Below are positions 28,379 to 38,790 of a DNA stretch of 64,000 nucleotides, piece after piece (within the stretch, counting starts at the first letter, position 1; the number at the start of each line of letters is the position of its first letter). The notes beneath the pieces were generated by a model. That model was not told the origin of the DNA. It did no database searches and saw only the letters and a list, made by a program, of their open reading frames with translations. The position numbers and the translations under genes were made by a program. Source of the DNA: an uncultured Bacteroidota bacterium (GTDB lineage Bacteria > Bacteroidota > Bacteroidia > 2-12-FULL-35-15); contig CAIYIS010000045.1 in assembly GCA_903926385.1 (NCBI GenBank), positions 173,569 to 237,568 on the forward strand, given 5' to 3'.

Positions 28379-30169
28379 TTAGTCGTTGAGTTTAAGAACG
28401 GCCATAAATGCCGATTGAGGAATTTCTACACTTCCTACCGAGCGCATACGTTTTTTACCTTCTTTTTGTTTTTCCAAAAGTTTTCGTTTACGCGAAATAT
28501 CACCTCCATAACATTTGGCTGTAACATCTTTTCGCATGGCTTTTATGGTTTCGCGCGAAATAATTTTGGCACCAATGGCTGCCTGAATAGGTATTTCGAA
28601 CTGATGACGAGGAATAAGTTCTTTTAGTTTTTCGCACATTTTTTTACCAAATTCATACGCATTGTCGCGGTGAATTAATGACGAAAGTGCATCTACAGGC
28701 TCGCTGTTGAGTAATATATCCAGTTTTACCAAATGGCTGGCACGGTAATCCAACGGTTGATAATCGAAGGATGCATATCCTTTAGAAATGGTTTTCAAAC
28801 GGTCGTAAAAATCGAATACAATTTCGCCCAGAGGCATATCGAACATAAGTTCTACACGGTCGGTGGTAAGGTAAATTTGATTAGTAATGATGCCTCGTTT
28901 GGAAATACAAAGCTTCATAATATTTCCTACAAACTCCGATTTGGTAATCACCTGAGCTTTTATATACGGTTCTTCCACTCTGTCCAGTCGGCTTGGGTCG
29001 GGCAGGTCGGACGGATTGTTTACAATCAGCATTTCGCCAGCCGATGTGTAAGCATGATACGACACATTGGGAACGGTGGTAATTACGGTCATGTTAAACT
29101 CTCGTTCCAGCCTTTCCTGAATAATTTCCATGTGAAGCATACCCAAAAATCCACATCTGAAACCGAATCCGAGAGCCGCAGACGACTCAGGTTCCCAGGT
29201 AAGCGATGCATCATTGAGTTGCAGTTTTTCCATCGAATAACGCAGTTCTTCAAAATCTTCGGTATCTACCGGATAAATACCGGCAAACACCATGGGTTTA
29301 ACATCCTCAAAACCCTGAATACCGTCTTCGCATGGATTGTTAACTGTAGTAATAGTGTCGCCCACTTTAACCTCGCGGGCATCTTTTATTCCCGAAATAA
29401 TATAACCTACATCTCCTGTTTTTACACTGGGGCGAGGTTCCTGCTTAAGGCGCAACACACCTATTTCGTCAGCACTATATTCTTTCTGTGTATTTACAAA
29501 TTTTACTTTATCTCCTTTTTTAATGGTTCCGTTTATTACTTTGTAATAAGCAATAATTCCTCTGAAGGAATTGTAAACCGAATCGAAAATAAGTGCCTGA
29601 AGCGGTGCATCGGGAACTCCTTTAGGAGCAGGAATACGGTTAACAATGGCTTCGAGTATGTCGTACACACCTATTCCTGTTTTGCCGGAGGCGGCAATAA
29701 TCTCTTCACGTTTACAGCCCAGCAGTTCCACTATCTGGTCTTTTACCGCTTCGGGTTCTGCACTTGGCAAATCTATCTTGTTCATCACCGGAATAATTTC
29801 CAGGTCGTTGCCCAATGCCAGATAAAGATTAGAGATGGTTTGTGCCTGAATGCCCTGTGCAGCATCCACTATAAGCAAAGCTCCTTCGCAGGCAGCTATG
29901 GAACGCGATACCTCGTACGAAAAATCTACGTGACCGGGTGTGTCAATCAAATTCAGCACGTATTTTACACCGTTCAGTTCATAGTCCATCTGAATGGCAT
30001 GACTCTTAATGGTGATGCCTCTTTCTTTTTCCAGATCCATATCGTCAAGCACCTGAGCTTGCATATCGCGCTTGCTGATGGTATTGGTATACTCCAAAAG
30101 GCGGTCGGCAAGGGTGCTTTTCCCGTGGTCTATATGAGCTATGATACAAAAATTTCTGATGTTCTCCAT
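28379..30169 (-). CDS. lepA: Translation elongation factor 4
   Basis: [25 protein letters not shown]..., 596 aa, with the conserved LepA C-terminal domain. Confidence 0.95.
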   Translation of the reverse strand: MENIRNFCIIAHIDHGKSTLADRLLEYTNTISKRDMQAQVLDDMDLEKERGITIKSHAIQMDYELNGVKYVLNLIDTPGHVDFSYEVSRSIAACEGALLIVDAAQGIQAQTISNLYLALGNDLEIIPVMNKIDLPSAEPEAVKDQIVELLGCKREEIIAASGKTGIGVYDILEAIVNRIPAPKGVPDAPLQALIFDSVYNSFRGIIAYYKVINGTIKKGDKVKFVNTQKEYSADEIGVLRLKQEPRPSVKTGDVGYIISGIKDAREVKVGDTITTVNNPCEDGIQGFEDVKPMVFAGIYPVDTEDFEELRYSMEKLQLNDASLTWEPESSAALGFGFRCGFLGMLHMEIIQERLEREFNMTVITTVPNVSYHAYTSAGEMLIVNNPSDLPDPSRLDRVEEPYIKAQVITKSEFVGNIMKLCISKRGIITNQIYLTTDRVELMFDMPLGEIVFDFYDRLKTISKGYASFDYQPLDYRASHLVKLDILLNSEPVDALSSLIHRDNAYEFGKKMCEKLKELIPRHQFEIPIQAAIGAKIISRETIKAMRKDVTAKCYGGDISRKRKLLEKQKEGKKRMRSVGSVEIPQSAFMAVLKLND

Positions 30170-30361
30170 TATTCTTTTCTTTCTAAAGGGGTGCGAAGGT
30201 AATCAAAAAGTTCATTGGTTGAGTAGTTCACTTATTCGAATGTTCTATTGTTCATCTGTTCTATGGTTTCAATTGCATGATATTCTATTCTTCCTTTTAC
30301 CGTATCACCAAATTGTTTTATTCTTACTTTTGCAACCGTTTTATAAAAAACAAAACACAAA

Positions 30362-31315
30362 ATGAAAGTAATAGACCATATCAATCAGGCCAAATCAACC
30401 TTGTTTTCTATCGAAATACTTCCTCCCCTGAAAGGGAAAAGTATTCAATCTATTTTCGATGGTATCGACCCATTGATGGAATTCAAACCTTCGTTTGTTG
30501 ATGTTACCTATCACCGCGAAGAATACATTTACAAAAAACGCGAAGGAGGATATCTGGAAAAAGTGAGTATTCGCAAACGTCCCGGAACGGTGGGCATTTG
30601 TGCTGCCATTATCAATAAATATCATGTAGACACAGTGCCGCATATTATCTGCGGAGGATTTAGCCGCGAAGAAACCGAAAATGCACTTATCGATTTACAG
30701 TTTTTGGGAATAGATAATGTACTTGCTTTACGTGGCGACAGTATTAAGAGCGAACCCGAATTTGTTCCGGAACCCAATGGTCATGCCTATGCCATCGACC
30801 TGGTGAAACAAGTAAAACAAATGAATAACGGACGTTATATGGAAAACGACCTGGAAGATGTGGCTCATACTAATTTCTGTGTTGGGGTGGCAGGTTATCC
30901 CGAAAAACACTTCGAAGCTCCCAACATGATTTCGGATATGAAACATTTGAAAGCTAAAATTGATGCAGGTGCCGAATACATCGTTACTCAAATGTTTTTT
31001 GATAATGCACATTACTTTAATTTTGTAAATAAATGTCGAGAGATGGGTATTACAGTGCCTATTATTCCGGGATTAAAAATAATGACCACAAAAAAACAAA
31101 CTACCTTTTTGCCTAAAATATTTAAGATAGATGTTCCTCAGCCTTTGCTCGAACAAATAGATAAATGCAAAACAGATGAGCAGGTTAAAGAAGTAGGCAT
31201 AGCTTGGTGTATAGAGCAATCTAAAGAATTGATAAAAGCCAAAGCCCCATGTTTGCATTATTACACCATGGGAACTTCTGAAGCTACCCGCAGAGTGGCC
31301 AGCAAAGTGTTTTAG
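30362..31315 (+). CDS. metF: Methylenetetrahydrofolate reductase
   Basis: FSIEILPP..., TYHRE, 317 aa MTHFR fold. Confidence 0.85.
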   Translation: MKVIDHINQAKSTLFSIEILPPLKGKSIQSIFDGIDPLMEFKPSFVDVTYHREEYIYKKREGGYLEKVSIRKRPGTVGICAAIINKYHVDTVPHIICGGFSREETENALIDLQFLGIDNVLALRGDSIKSEPEFVPEPNGHAYAIDLVKQVKQMNNGRYMENDLEDVAHTNFCVGVAGYPEKHFEAPNMISDMKHLKAKIDAGAEYIVTQMFFDNAHYFNFVNKCREMGITVPIIPGLKIMTTKKQTTFLPKIFKIDVPQPLLEQIDKCKTDEQVKEVGIAWCIEQSKELIKAKAPCLHYYTMGTSEATRRVASKVF

Positions 31316-31372
31316 TACTTCTAAATAAGGAGCGCTATTTAGGAGAATCTATATCAATAAAAGTGTAGTTAC

Positions 31373-32248
31373 CTAAAAATTCCTCAACCGTCCAAACACC
31401 CCCAATGGCAAAACCGGCCCATTGGTAGATGGAAGAAACAACTCTCCAATGGTTAAATTTTGATTGGCTTTTGGATGAAGCAGATTTTGAATAATGAGTG
31501 AGGAAAACCCTAATGAATATGCATTAAGAATTAAAAAATGTTCTGTCGGGTCGAGTAGAGTGAGCACACCTTTCATCATTTCGTTAATATTATCTTCAAG
31601 CTTCCACTTTTCTCCATTCGGGCCATGCCCAAATGCAGGAGGATCCAGAATAATTCCATTATACAAGTTGCCTCTTTTTTCTTCACGCTTCACAAACTTC
31701 AGCGCATCTTCCACCACCCAACGTATATCAGTAAGTTTGCTAAGCTCCATGTTTTCCTTACTCCAGGTTACCACTTGCTTTATTGAATCCACATGTGTTA
31801 CATCGGCACCCGCTGCTTTAGCGGCCAAAGATGCACCGCCTGTATAGGCAAACAAATTAAGAATACGTGGTCGGGGAGTTTGCATTTTCTTTATCGAATC
31901 GTAAATATAATCCCAGTTGCTGGCTTGTTCCGGGAAAATACCAACATGCTTAAACGAAGTTAAAGCGAGTCTAAATGAAATATGATGTTCCGTATTAGCC
32001 AACTGATAATTGATATTCCAACGGTCTGGCATTGGCTTAAGCTTTTTCCATTCGCCTGACGAACTTGATTTGGGCACAAATCGAATGTGCGCCATTTTAT
32101 CCCACTCGGCAGTAGTCATCGCTTTATCCCATACGGCTTGCGGTTCCGGACGAATGGTAATATAGGAGCCAAACCTTTCGAGCTTTTCGAAGCCGCCCAC
32201 ATCAATCAGTTCATAATCTTTGAAATTTTGAGGAGAGAGAATTTGCAT
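31373..32248 (-). CDS. Class I SAM-dependent methyltransferase (RlmI/YccW C-terminal-like)
   Basis: SAM-binding motif ILNLFAYTGGASLAAKAAGA and ILDPPAFG. Confidence 0.7.
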   Translation of the reverse strand: MQILSPQNFKDYELIDVGGFEKLERFGSYITIRPEPQAVWDKAMTTAEWDKMAHIRFVPKSSSSGEWKKLKPMPDRWNINYQLANTEHHISFRLALTSFKHVGIFPEQASNWDYIYDSIKKMQTPRPRILNLFAYTGGASLAAKAAGADVTHVDSIKQVVTWSKENMELSKLTDIRWVVEDALKFVKREEKRGNLYNGIILDPPAFGHGPNGEKWKLEDNINEMMKGVLTLLDPTEHFLILNAYSLGFSSLIIQNLLHPKANQNLTIGELFLPSTNGPVLPLGVFGRLRNF

Positions 32249-32283
32249 GAATATCGATTTAAGAATTTAACAGAAGGGATATA

Positions 32284-32604
32284 CTATTCTTTAGTAGTAT
32301 CTTTTATTACTTTTCCTTCGTCTTTGAGAGCAGTTGATACATCATCTATTTGTTTTTTCATGCTGTCGCCTGCTTGTTTCAGTTCCGAATGAATGTCAGA
32401 GGTATGTTTATCCATCTCTTCTTTAAAAGCCGAAGTAGATTTCTGAATTTCGTTTTGTATTTGCTCTTTGGCATCGTTTATCTGACGTATACCTTTACCC
32501 AATCCTTTTGCTATTTCAGGAAGTTTGTCCGACCCGAAAAACAAAATGATAACCAGTACCACTATAAATACTTCGCCACCGCCCAGATTAAGAAATAATA
32601 ACAT
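32284..32604 (-). CDS. tatA: Twin-arginine translocase subunit TatA/E
   Basis: An N-terminal TM helix followed by FGSDKLPEIAKGLGKGIRQINDAKEQ (TatA hinge / amphipathic helix). Confidence 0.85.
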   Translation of the reverse strand: MLLFLNLGGGEVFIVVLVIILFFGSDKLPEIAKGLGKGIRQINDAKEQIQNEIQKSTSAFKEEMDKHTSDIHSELKQAGDSMKKQIDDVSTALKDEGKVIKDTTKE

Positions 32605-32679
32605 TAATGAAAATTATAAAATGTGAATTATAAATTATGAATGTTTCAAAATTTGAATTTCGTTTGCAAAAGTACAGAA

Positions 32680-32716
32680 AAAACAAAGCCCGATAACTAT
32701 TATTATCGGGCTTTGT
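32680..32716 (-). terminator. Rho-independent terminator for secDF (minus strand)
   Basis: aagcccgata-actattat-tatcgggctt; on the minus strand it is followed by tgtttttt. Confidence 0.6.
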
Positions 32717-32744
32717 ATAATCCTAAATCCTGAATCCAAAAATC

Positions 32745-35700
32745 CTAATTGATTTCCCCTCCTGATTTTGCGTCTTCTTTTTCTTTTTCAAAATCGATTA
32801 CAATTGGTGTTGCAATACAGATAGAAGAATAAGTACCGATAACAATACCAATCAACAATGCAAACGAGAAGCCTCTGATGGTTTCTCCACCGAAAATAAA
32901 GATAGCCGCCAATACAAAGAAGATAGTTAACGAAGTATTGATAGTACGACTTAATGTACTATTCAATGCATAGTTAATAATTTCAACACGTTCGTTTTTG
33001 TGTAAATCTGTTTTGTTCTTTTCTGTCAGATATTCACGAATTCTGTCGAACACAACCACGGTATCCGTCATCGAGTAACTCATAACGGTTAAGATAGCCG
33101 CGATGAAATCCTGAGTAATCTCTAACGAGAAAGGTAAAATACCATCGAAAATTACAAATATGGAAAGCACCATAAGCACATCGTGGAACAAAGCCACCAC
33201 AGCACCCAATCCATATTGCCATTTTTTGAATCGAATAAAGATAAACATAAACATCACCAAACACGAAAGTAATACCGCCCACACCGCTTTCGATTTAATA
33301 TCGCGCGACACAGTTTCTCCAACCTTTTGCGAACTCACCACTTTGTGATTTGTTTTAAGTGTTGTTAAACCTTCTTCAAGTTTAGACTCCACTTTTTGTT
33401 CTGCATCTTCACTTCCATCTCCTATTAAATAAGTAGTAGTGATACGCAATTGAGTATTTTCTCCGTATGTTTTTACTTCTGGTGCTTCCCCGAAACTTTT
33501 GGTTAATGCATCACGAACAGCCTCCGGAGTTTCCACGTTATCAAAACGAACCACATACGAACGACCTCCTTTAAAATCTACACCTAGAGTAAATCCTCCT
33601 TTAGTTATATAAGCAACAATACCGCAAATGATGATTGCACTTGAGAATATATAGTACCATTTTCGTTTAGCAACAAAGTTGATGTTGATTTTTTTGAACG
33701 CTCCGGCAGTATATTTATTATCAAAACTAATTGTTTTGTTTTTGCTCAACCAACGATCAAAAATTAAACGAGTGATAAAGATAGCACAGAACAAAGATGA
33801 AATGATACCTATTATTAAGGTAGTAGCAAACCCTTGAATTGGCCCTGTACCGAATACATATAATATAATACCTAATAATAAACCGGTAACGTGAGAATCG
33901 ATAACCGATGACATCGCATTACGGTAACCTTCTTTTATGGCCAGACCCGTTGCCTTACCCATAGCAAGCTCTTCCCTTACACGCTCAAAAATTAGAATGT
34001 TTGCATCCACCGACATCGCTATGGTTAATACGATACCTGCAATTCCCGGTAAGGTTAACACCGCACTAAACGAGGCGAGAATTCCTACCACAAAGAAGTT
34101 ATTAATAACCATCGCAAAATCGGCAACCCAACCTGCTTTATTATAATATAAGCCCATAAACATGAACACAACGATCAACGCTATAGCAATGGATTTCCAC
34201 CCCCTCGAAACAGCTTCCTGACCTAATGTTGCACCCACAACTACTTCCTGAACAATACGAGCTGGAGCTGGTAATTTACCTGCTTTTAATATGTTTACTA
34301 AGTCTTTTGCTTCGTCTTGTGTAAACTGACCGGTGATAGAAGAACTTCCTCCCGAAATTTCGTTTTGAACTGTTGGGAACGAATAAACACTGTTATCAAG
34401 TACAATCGCAACCGATTTTCCAATGTTTGCTTTTGTTAAATTTTTCCAAACAATAGAAGCTTCAGATGTCATGTTCATCGAAATCTGAGGAGTTCCTCCA
34501 CCTGCTTGTTCATAAACCACACGTGCATCAGTAATGATATCGCCATAAAGCGGAGATTTACCATCTTTACGAGTTACGTGAATAGCTACTAATTGTAAGA
34601 ATGTTTCTTCCTTATCTATCGCTTTAAATGTCCAGAAGAATTTCATGTTAGGGAACAAGGCTTTAATTTTAGCCATGCGTAAAAATTCATTTACTTTTCC
34701 TGTATCTTTTATAGCACTGTAACCAATCACCGGTCCTGAACCTAATTCCTGTTGCCCTTGAGCATTACGGTTAGTAGATGGAGTTAATACTGCAAATAAC
34801 GGATTCTCTCTTCTTAACTTAGCAATAGTATCAGCTTTAGTAGCTCCGCCTTTTTTAGCTGTATCATTGGTTTTAGTTAAGCCCAATTGTTTATCCAACG
34901 ATTTTGCTGAATCTGCTTTTGGTTTATCAGCATCCGTTTTAGCAACGTCTTTCTTGTTTTTATCTTCTTTACCAACTTTTTTCTTATCGTCTTTTTTCTT
35001 ATCCGCTTTTTTGTCGTCCTTTTTATCGTCTACTTTTGCAACAGCAGCTGTATCCGACTTTTTAGTAGAATCTTCAGGAGATAAGATTTCTTTCAAACGG
35101 GTATTTGCTTTTTCTAAAATCGGGTAAATTTCTTTGTTATCATACGTTTCCCAGAACTCCAGATTAGCCGTTCCTTGTAATAGTTTACGGATACGGTTTT
35201 TATCAGTTACCCCCGGCAACTCAATTAATATACGTCCCGAAGAAGCCAAACGCTGAATGTTAGGTTGTGTTACCCCAAACTTGTCGATACGTGCACGCAA
35301 TGTATTTTCTGATGTAGAAATAGCATCCTCTACTCTTTCGCGAATAAATTTCAACACCTCTTCGTCCGAAGTGCTCATATCTATTTTACCTTTCAATTCA
35401 ATGGTCAAAAAGTTAATCGCCAGTTTTGCACTTGGATTAATTTTGTGGAACTCTTCACCAAAAATAGTTACATAATCTTTAGTAGAAGTTTTAATCAACT
35501 CATTGGCTTTAGTTATTGCCTGTACAAAAGTAGGGTCGTTGCTGTTATTCGATAAACCACGGATAATTTCACCAACCGATACCTCAAGGGTAACGTTCAT
35601 ACCACCTTTTAAGTCAAGACCTAAGTTTAACTGACGTTTTTTAACATCATCATACGTATATTCAGTAATGAATAAGTTATAAACTACCTTCTTTTTTAAC

Positions 35701-35939
35701 GAATCAAGGTAAAAGTTCTTTTTATAATTAAGAACTGAGTCCAGCCATGTGTTTTTTTCTGCCTCATTTGTGGTAGCAGTTGTTGCCGATTTCTGAACAT
35801 TGGTTTGATTAATGAAATTGGTTGCATAAGCATCCGCATCTTTTACTATGTTGTTTGCAACATAAGTAAACATTAAATAATAAGCACAAGCTAGAGTGAG
35901 TAAAATGGCAAACAGCCTGATAGCGCCTTTGTTTTGCAT
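32745..35939 (-). CDS. secDF: Fused protein-export membrane protein SecD/SecF
   Basis: 1064 aa with SecD and SecF TM bundles. It contains a roughly 60-aa Lys/Asp-rich low-complexity periplasmic insert. Confidence 0.9.
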   Translation of the reverse strand: MQNKGAIRLFAILLTLACAYYLMFTYVANNIVKDADAYATNFINQTNVQKSATTATTNEAEKNTWLDSVLNYKKNFYLDSLKKKVVYNLFITEYTYDDVKKRQLNLGLDLKGGMNVTLEVSVGEIIRGLSNNSNDPTFVQAITKANELIKTSTKDYVTIFGEEFHKINPSAKLAINFLTIELKGKIDMSTSDEEVLKFIRERVEDAISTSENTLRARIDKFGVTQPNIQRLASSGRILIELPGVTDKNRIRKLLQGTANLEFWETYDNKEIYPILEKANTRLKEILSPEDSTKKSDTAAVAKVDDKKDDKKADKKKDDKKKVGKEDKNKKDVAKTDADKPKADSAKSLDKQLGLTKTNDTAKKGGATKADTIAKLRRENPLFAVLTPSTNRNAQGQQELGSGPVIGYSAIKDTGKVNEFLRMAKIKALFPNMKFFWTFKAIDKEETFLQLVAIHVTRKDGKSPLYGDIITDARVVYEQAGGGTPQISMNMTSEASIVWKNLTKANIGKSVAIVLDNSVYSFPTVQNEISGGSSSITGQFTQDEAKDLVNILKAGKLPAPARIVQEVVVGATLGQEAVSRGWKSIAIALIVVFMFMGLYYNKAGWVADFAMVINNFFVVGILASFSAVLTLPGIAGIVLTIAMSVDANILIFERVREELAMGKATGLAIKEGYRNAMSSVIDSHVTGLLLGIILYVFGTGPIQGFATTLIIGIISSLFCAIFITRLIFDRWLSKNKTISFDNKYTAGAFKKININFVAKRKWYYIFSSAIIICGIVAYITKGGFTLGVDFKGGRSYVVRFDNVETPEAVRDALTKSFGEAPEVKTYGENTQLRITTTYLIGDGSEDAEQKVESKLEEGLTTLKTNHKVVSSQKVGETVSRDIKSKAVWAVLLSCLVMFMFIFIRFKKWQYGLGAVVALFHDVLMVLSIFVIFDGILPFSLEITQDFIAAILTVMSYSMTDTVVVFDRIREYLTEKNKTDLHKNERVEIINYALNSTLSRTINTSLTIFFVLAAIFIFGGETIRGFSFALLIGIVIGTYSSICIATPIVIDFEKEKEDAKSGGEIN

Positions 35940-36212
35940 AATTTTTTAAATTAAATTGTTTAGTGTCGAATTAGTTAAATATGGTATACCTTCATTTTTT
36001 ACCACATCGTTTTCATTCATTATATCTCCCATTTTTTAATTTGGGGGTGCAAATATAGAATAAAACAATTAATATTTACCAAATTTCTGTTTTTTATGGA
36101 CTTTTAATAGTGGTATTACTAAATTGTTAAATGTTTTTTAATCAACTTTAACATCTGCATTCATTGCGTATTCATTTATGTACTAACTTGCACCTCCATA
36201 AACAACTATATA

Positions 36213-36668
36213 ATGGACACACATCAACCTTCAACCCTTCACGAAATCAGAAAGAACCGTAAACCGATTCGAAACATCAATATCGAAAGTAAACAAAAAT
36301 TAAGTAAGTTAGACAAACTCGCAGTTTGGATTACCGACCATGTCGGCACTATGGGATTCTTTATAATTATCTTCATCTGGACAGCCCTTTGGCTCGGGTG
36401 GAATGCCTTAGCTCCTGTCCAAATGCGCTTCGACCCCTTTCCGGCATTTGTACTTTGGCTCTTTTTGTCTAATATGATTCAAATTTTCCTTATGCCCCTA
36501 ATTATGATTGGGCAAAACCTACAATCCAACCATTCCGAAGCCCGAGCCGAAGCCGACTATGAAGTAAACACCAAAGCCGAAAAAGAAATAGAAACCATAC
36601 TCATGCACCTCGAAAACCAAAACAAGCTCATTATGCAAATTCTCGAACGCATCGAAAAGAAAAATTAA
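36213..36668 (+). CDS. DUF1003-family membrane protein
   Basis: 151 aa with two TM helices (FFIIIFIWTALWLGW; LWLFLSNMIQIFLMPLIMIGQNL). Pattern is typical of DUF1003. Confidence 0.6.
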   Translation: MDTHQPSTLHEIRKNRKPIRNINIESKQKLSKLDKLAVWITDHVGTMGFFIIIFIWTALWLGWNALAPVQMRFDPFPAFVLWLFLSNMIQIFLMPLIMIGQNLQSNHSEARAEADYEVNTKAEKEIETILMHLENQNKLIMQILERIEKKN

Positions 36669-36686
36669 AATAAGTTCAGACGGATG

Positions 36687-37013
36687 TTACTTTAAACGTT
36701 TAGCTCGCACCGGAGAAAATAGTTTCGAAGGTTTTTGAGATGTGTGAAATACTCTTGAAATAACTACTTTGTGCGGACTAACTCTGTAAATGATTTTATA
36801 ACTCCATACCACCAAATAGCGATATTCTCTTTTCTTATGTTTGAGGAGGGGTTCAACTTGTCCAATTTTCGGATGTTTTTCTAAACCAATTACCGAATAC
36901 AATATTTTTTGTAAAACCAACTCTGCGTAAAAGGTGCCCTGCTCTTTCTGTATATATTTTACAGCCCTTTCAAGTTGATTAGTGGCTAATTTAGTCCAAA
37001 TTACTTCAACCAT
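36687..37013 (-). CDS. Type II toxin-antitoxin toxin, RelE/ParE family
   Basis: 108 aa with a ParE/RelE-like pattern (IWTKLATNQLERAVKYI...YRYLVVWSYKIIYRV). It overlaps the upstream small ORF by 13 nt. Confidence 0.7.
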   Translation of the reverse strand: MVEVIWTKLATNQLERAVKYIQKEQGTFYAELVLQKILYSVIGLEKHPKIGQVEPLLKHKKREYRYLVVWSYKIIYRVSPHKVVISRVFHTSQKPSKLFSPVRAKRLK

Positions 37014-37192
37014 TTTTTAGACTTTTTAACCACTGTATCATGAGTATACACCTCGCCCCTTTTTTCCTGCTCTTCCGATGCTTCTATATCTGCCAGCAAT
37101 GCCAGTTGTGCATACACCTCTTCAAGCGTGGTCGAAGAGTTCACCCTGTTTGCAATTTCTAAAAGCGATTGCTTAATTTTTATTCCACTCAT
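37001..37192 (-). CDS. Putative antitoxin (addiction-module component, TIGR02574-like)
   Basis: 63-aa acidic small protein directly upstream of the RelE/ParE toxin and overlapping it. Contains the LLADIEASEE motif. Confidence 0.55.
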   Translation of the reverse strand: MSGIKIKQSLLEIANRVNSSTTLEEVYAQLALLADIEASEEQEKRGEVYTHDTVVKKSKKWLK

Positions 37193-37322
37193 TGTTTTTA
37201 TTTTTTTTTACAAAGATAAGTTTTTTCTTTTTCAACACAGAGGCCACTAAGCAAAAAAGAGTTTCACAGAAATTATACTCTGCGAAACTCTTTTCTCTCT
37301 GCGTTCTCTGTGTTGAAAACCC

Positions 37323-37560
37323 TCACTCCACCACCATCTTCTTATTCACCACATTCTTCTTTTCATCCGTTATCCTCACCAAATAAACCCCTGCTCTCAT
37401 TTCACCTTTTTCTATCACACATTGTTTACCCGTAACGTTTACAGTTTTTATTTCTTTACCCAACAAATCAGTTATTTTTACAATTGTGTTTTTTTGTTCA
37501 TCGCTAAAGGTAATGGTGGTCTCAGATGTGAAGGGGTTGGGAGAGATTATTAATGATGAA
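37323..37560. repeat. Duplicated CTD-encoding segment, copy A (about 95% identical to 38556-38790)
   Basis: Direct DNA repeat of about 235 bp, including the stop region ccctcactccaccaccatcttc. Confidence 0.8.
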
Positions 37561-38510
37561 GAATTATAGATTTCATCTATTCCGGCTGTCATTTCACTTA
37601 TAAGCCGGAACCAAACTCCATTCCCGGAAACACCTGCATATACTGTATCTCCAACTATTGCTAGAGAAGAAACGTTCTGGCCTGAAGGCAAACCTGCAAA
37701 TTCAGATACCCATGAGGTGGCATTGTTAGTAGATAAATAAAAATCATTATAGACCCCTGCTACTACATCTGTTCCGCTTGCTGCTAGCGATGCAATATTA
37801 GTATTGGTAATTCCATTTATAACATTATTCCAACTTGCTCCGTTGTTGGTTGATAAATACACACCACCCATATTTGACGTAAATATATTTGATCCACTTA
37901 CTACAATGGGCCAAATTGCACCAAATTGTGACAATCCGTTGCCGCTTGCATACCAGCTATTGCCGCTGTTAGTAGTTTTATACACCCCGCAACCATACAG
38001 TGCTGTATAAATATCAGTTCCTTTTACTGCTAAAGCCTGAACAAAATGAGCTGGGTTACCAACGTTACACAAACCAGTTGCAGCACTTATCCAACTTCCT
38101 CCATTATTGGATGATTTAAACATTGTACCCTGATTGGTTCCCGCAAAAATATCACTTCCGCTTATAGTTAATGCTGTTACATAAAGATCAGTTAAGCCAC
38201 TATTTACAGGACTCCAGCTTGCGCCATTATTGGTTGATAAAAACACACCTACATTGGTACCCGCAAAAACATTGGAATTACTGATAACTATTGTATTTAT
38301 GCTAGTGGTTGTTAAGCCGGTATTCACAGCACTCCATGTTATTCCGTTATTCGTTGATAAATAGATACCCGCATTTGTGCCTGCAAATATACTTTGCCCT
38401 GAGTGGGAAATGCAACTAACCTGCTGTGTAGTTAACGTTGTTTGCTGCCATTGAGCCATACTTACCGTTGCATAAAATGCAATTGTTGCTGTCAATATTA
38501 TTTTTTTCAT
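37323..38510 (-). CDS. BNR/sialidase-like repeat (beta-propeller) protein with a T9SS type-A C-terminal sorting domain
   Basis: Signal peptide; repeated (F/Y)LSTNNG.SW BNR motifs; C-terminal IISPNPFTSETTITF...GVYLVRI CTD. Confidence 0.75.
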   Translation of the reverse strand: MKKIILTATIAFYATVSMAQWQQTTLTTQQVSCISHSGQSIFAGTNAGIYLSTNNGITWSAVNTGLTTTSINTIVISNSNVFAGTNVGVFLSTNNGASWSPVNSGLTDLYVTALTISGSDIFAGTNQGTMFKSSNNGGSWISAATGLCNVGNPAHFVQALAVKGTDIYTALYGCGVYKTTNSGNSWYASGNGLSQFGAIWPIVVSGSNIFTSNMGGVYLSTNNGASWNNVINGITNTNIASLAASGTDVVAGVYNDFYLSTNNATSWVSEFAGLPSGQNVSSLAIVGDTVYAGVSGNGVWFRLISEMTAGIDEIYNSSSLIISPNPFTSETTITFSDEQKNTIVKITDLLGKEIKTVNVTGKQCVIEKGEMRAGVYLVRITDEKKNVVNKKMVVE

Positions 38511-38555
38511 ATCTGTTTTTATTTATAATTAATAATTCATCATTTATAATTTCCC

Positions 38556-38790
38556 TCACTCCACCACCATCTTCCTATTCACCACATTCCTCTTTTCATC
38601 CATTATCCTCACCAAATAAACCCCTGCTCTCATTTCTCCTTTTTCTATCACACATTGTTTACCCATAACGTTTACTGTTTTTATTTCTTTACCCAACACA
38701 TCAGTTATTTTTACTGTTGTGTTTTTTTGTTCTTCGCTAAAGGTAATGGTGGTGGCAGATGTGAAGGGGTTGGGGGAGATAGAAATACTA
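38556..38790. repeat. Duplicated CTD-encoding segment, copy B
   Basis: See copy A. The encoded 76 aa differ at about 8 positions. Confidence 0.8.

Noticed and set aside
28733-30202. 489-aa ORF antisense to lepA
   Set aside because: It lies entirely inside the highly conserved lepA gene on the opposite strand. Its composition is low-complexity (Phe/Asn/Ile-rich) and it has no recognisable motifs, so it is treated as an antisense artefact.
30170-30361. SAM riboswitch upstream of metF
   Set aside because: No SAM-I/SAM-II conserved core sequence was visible in the leader.
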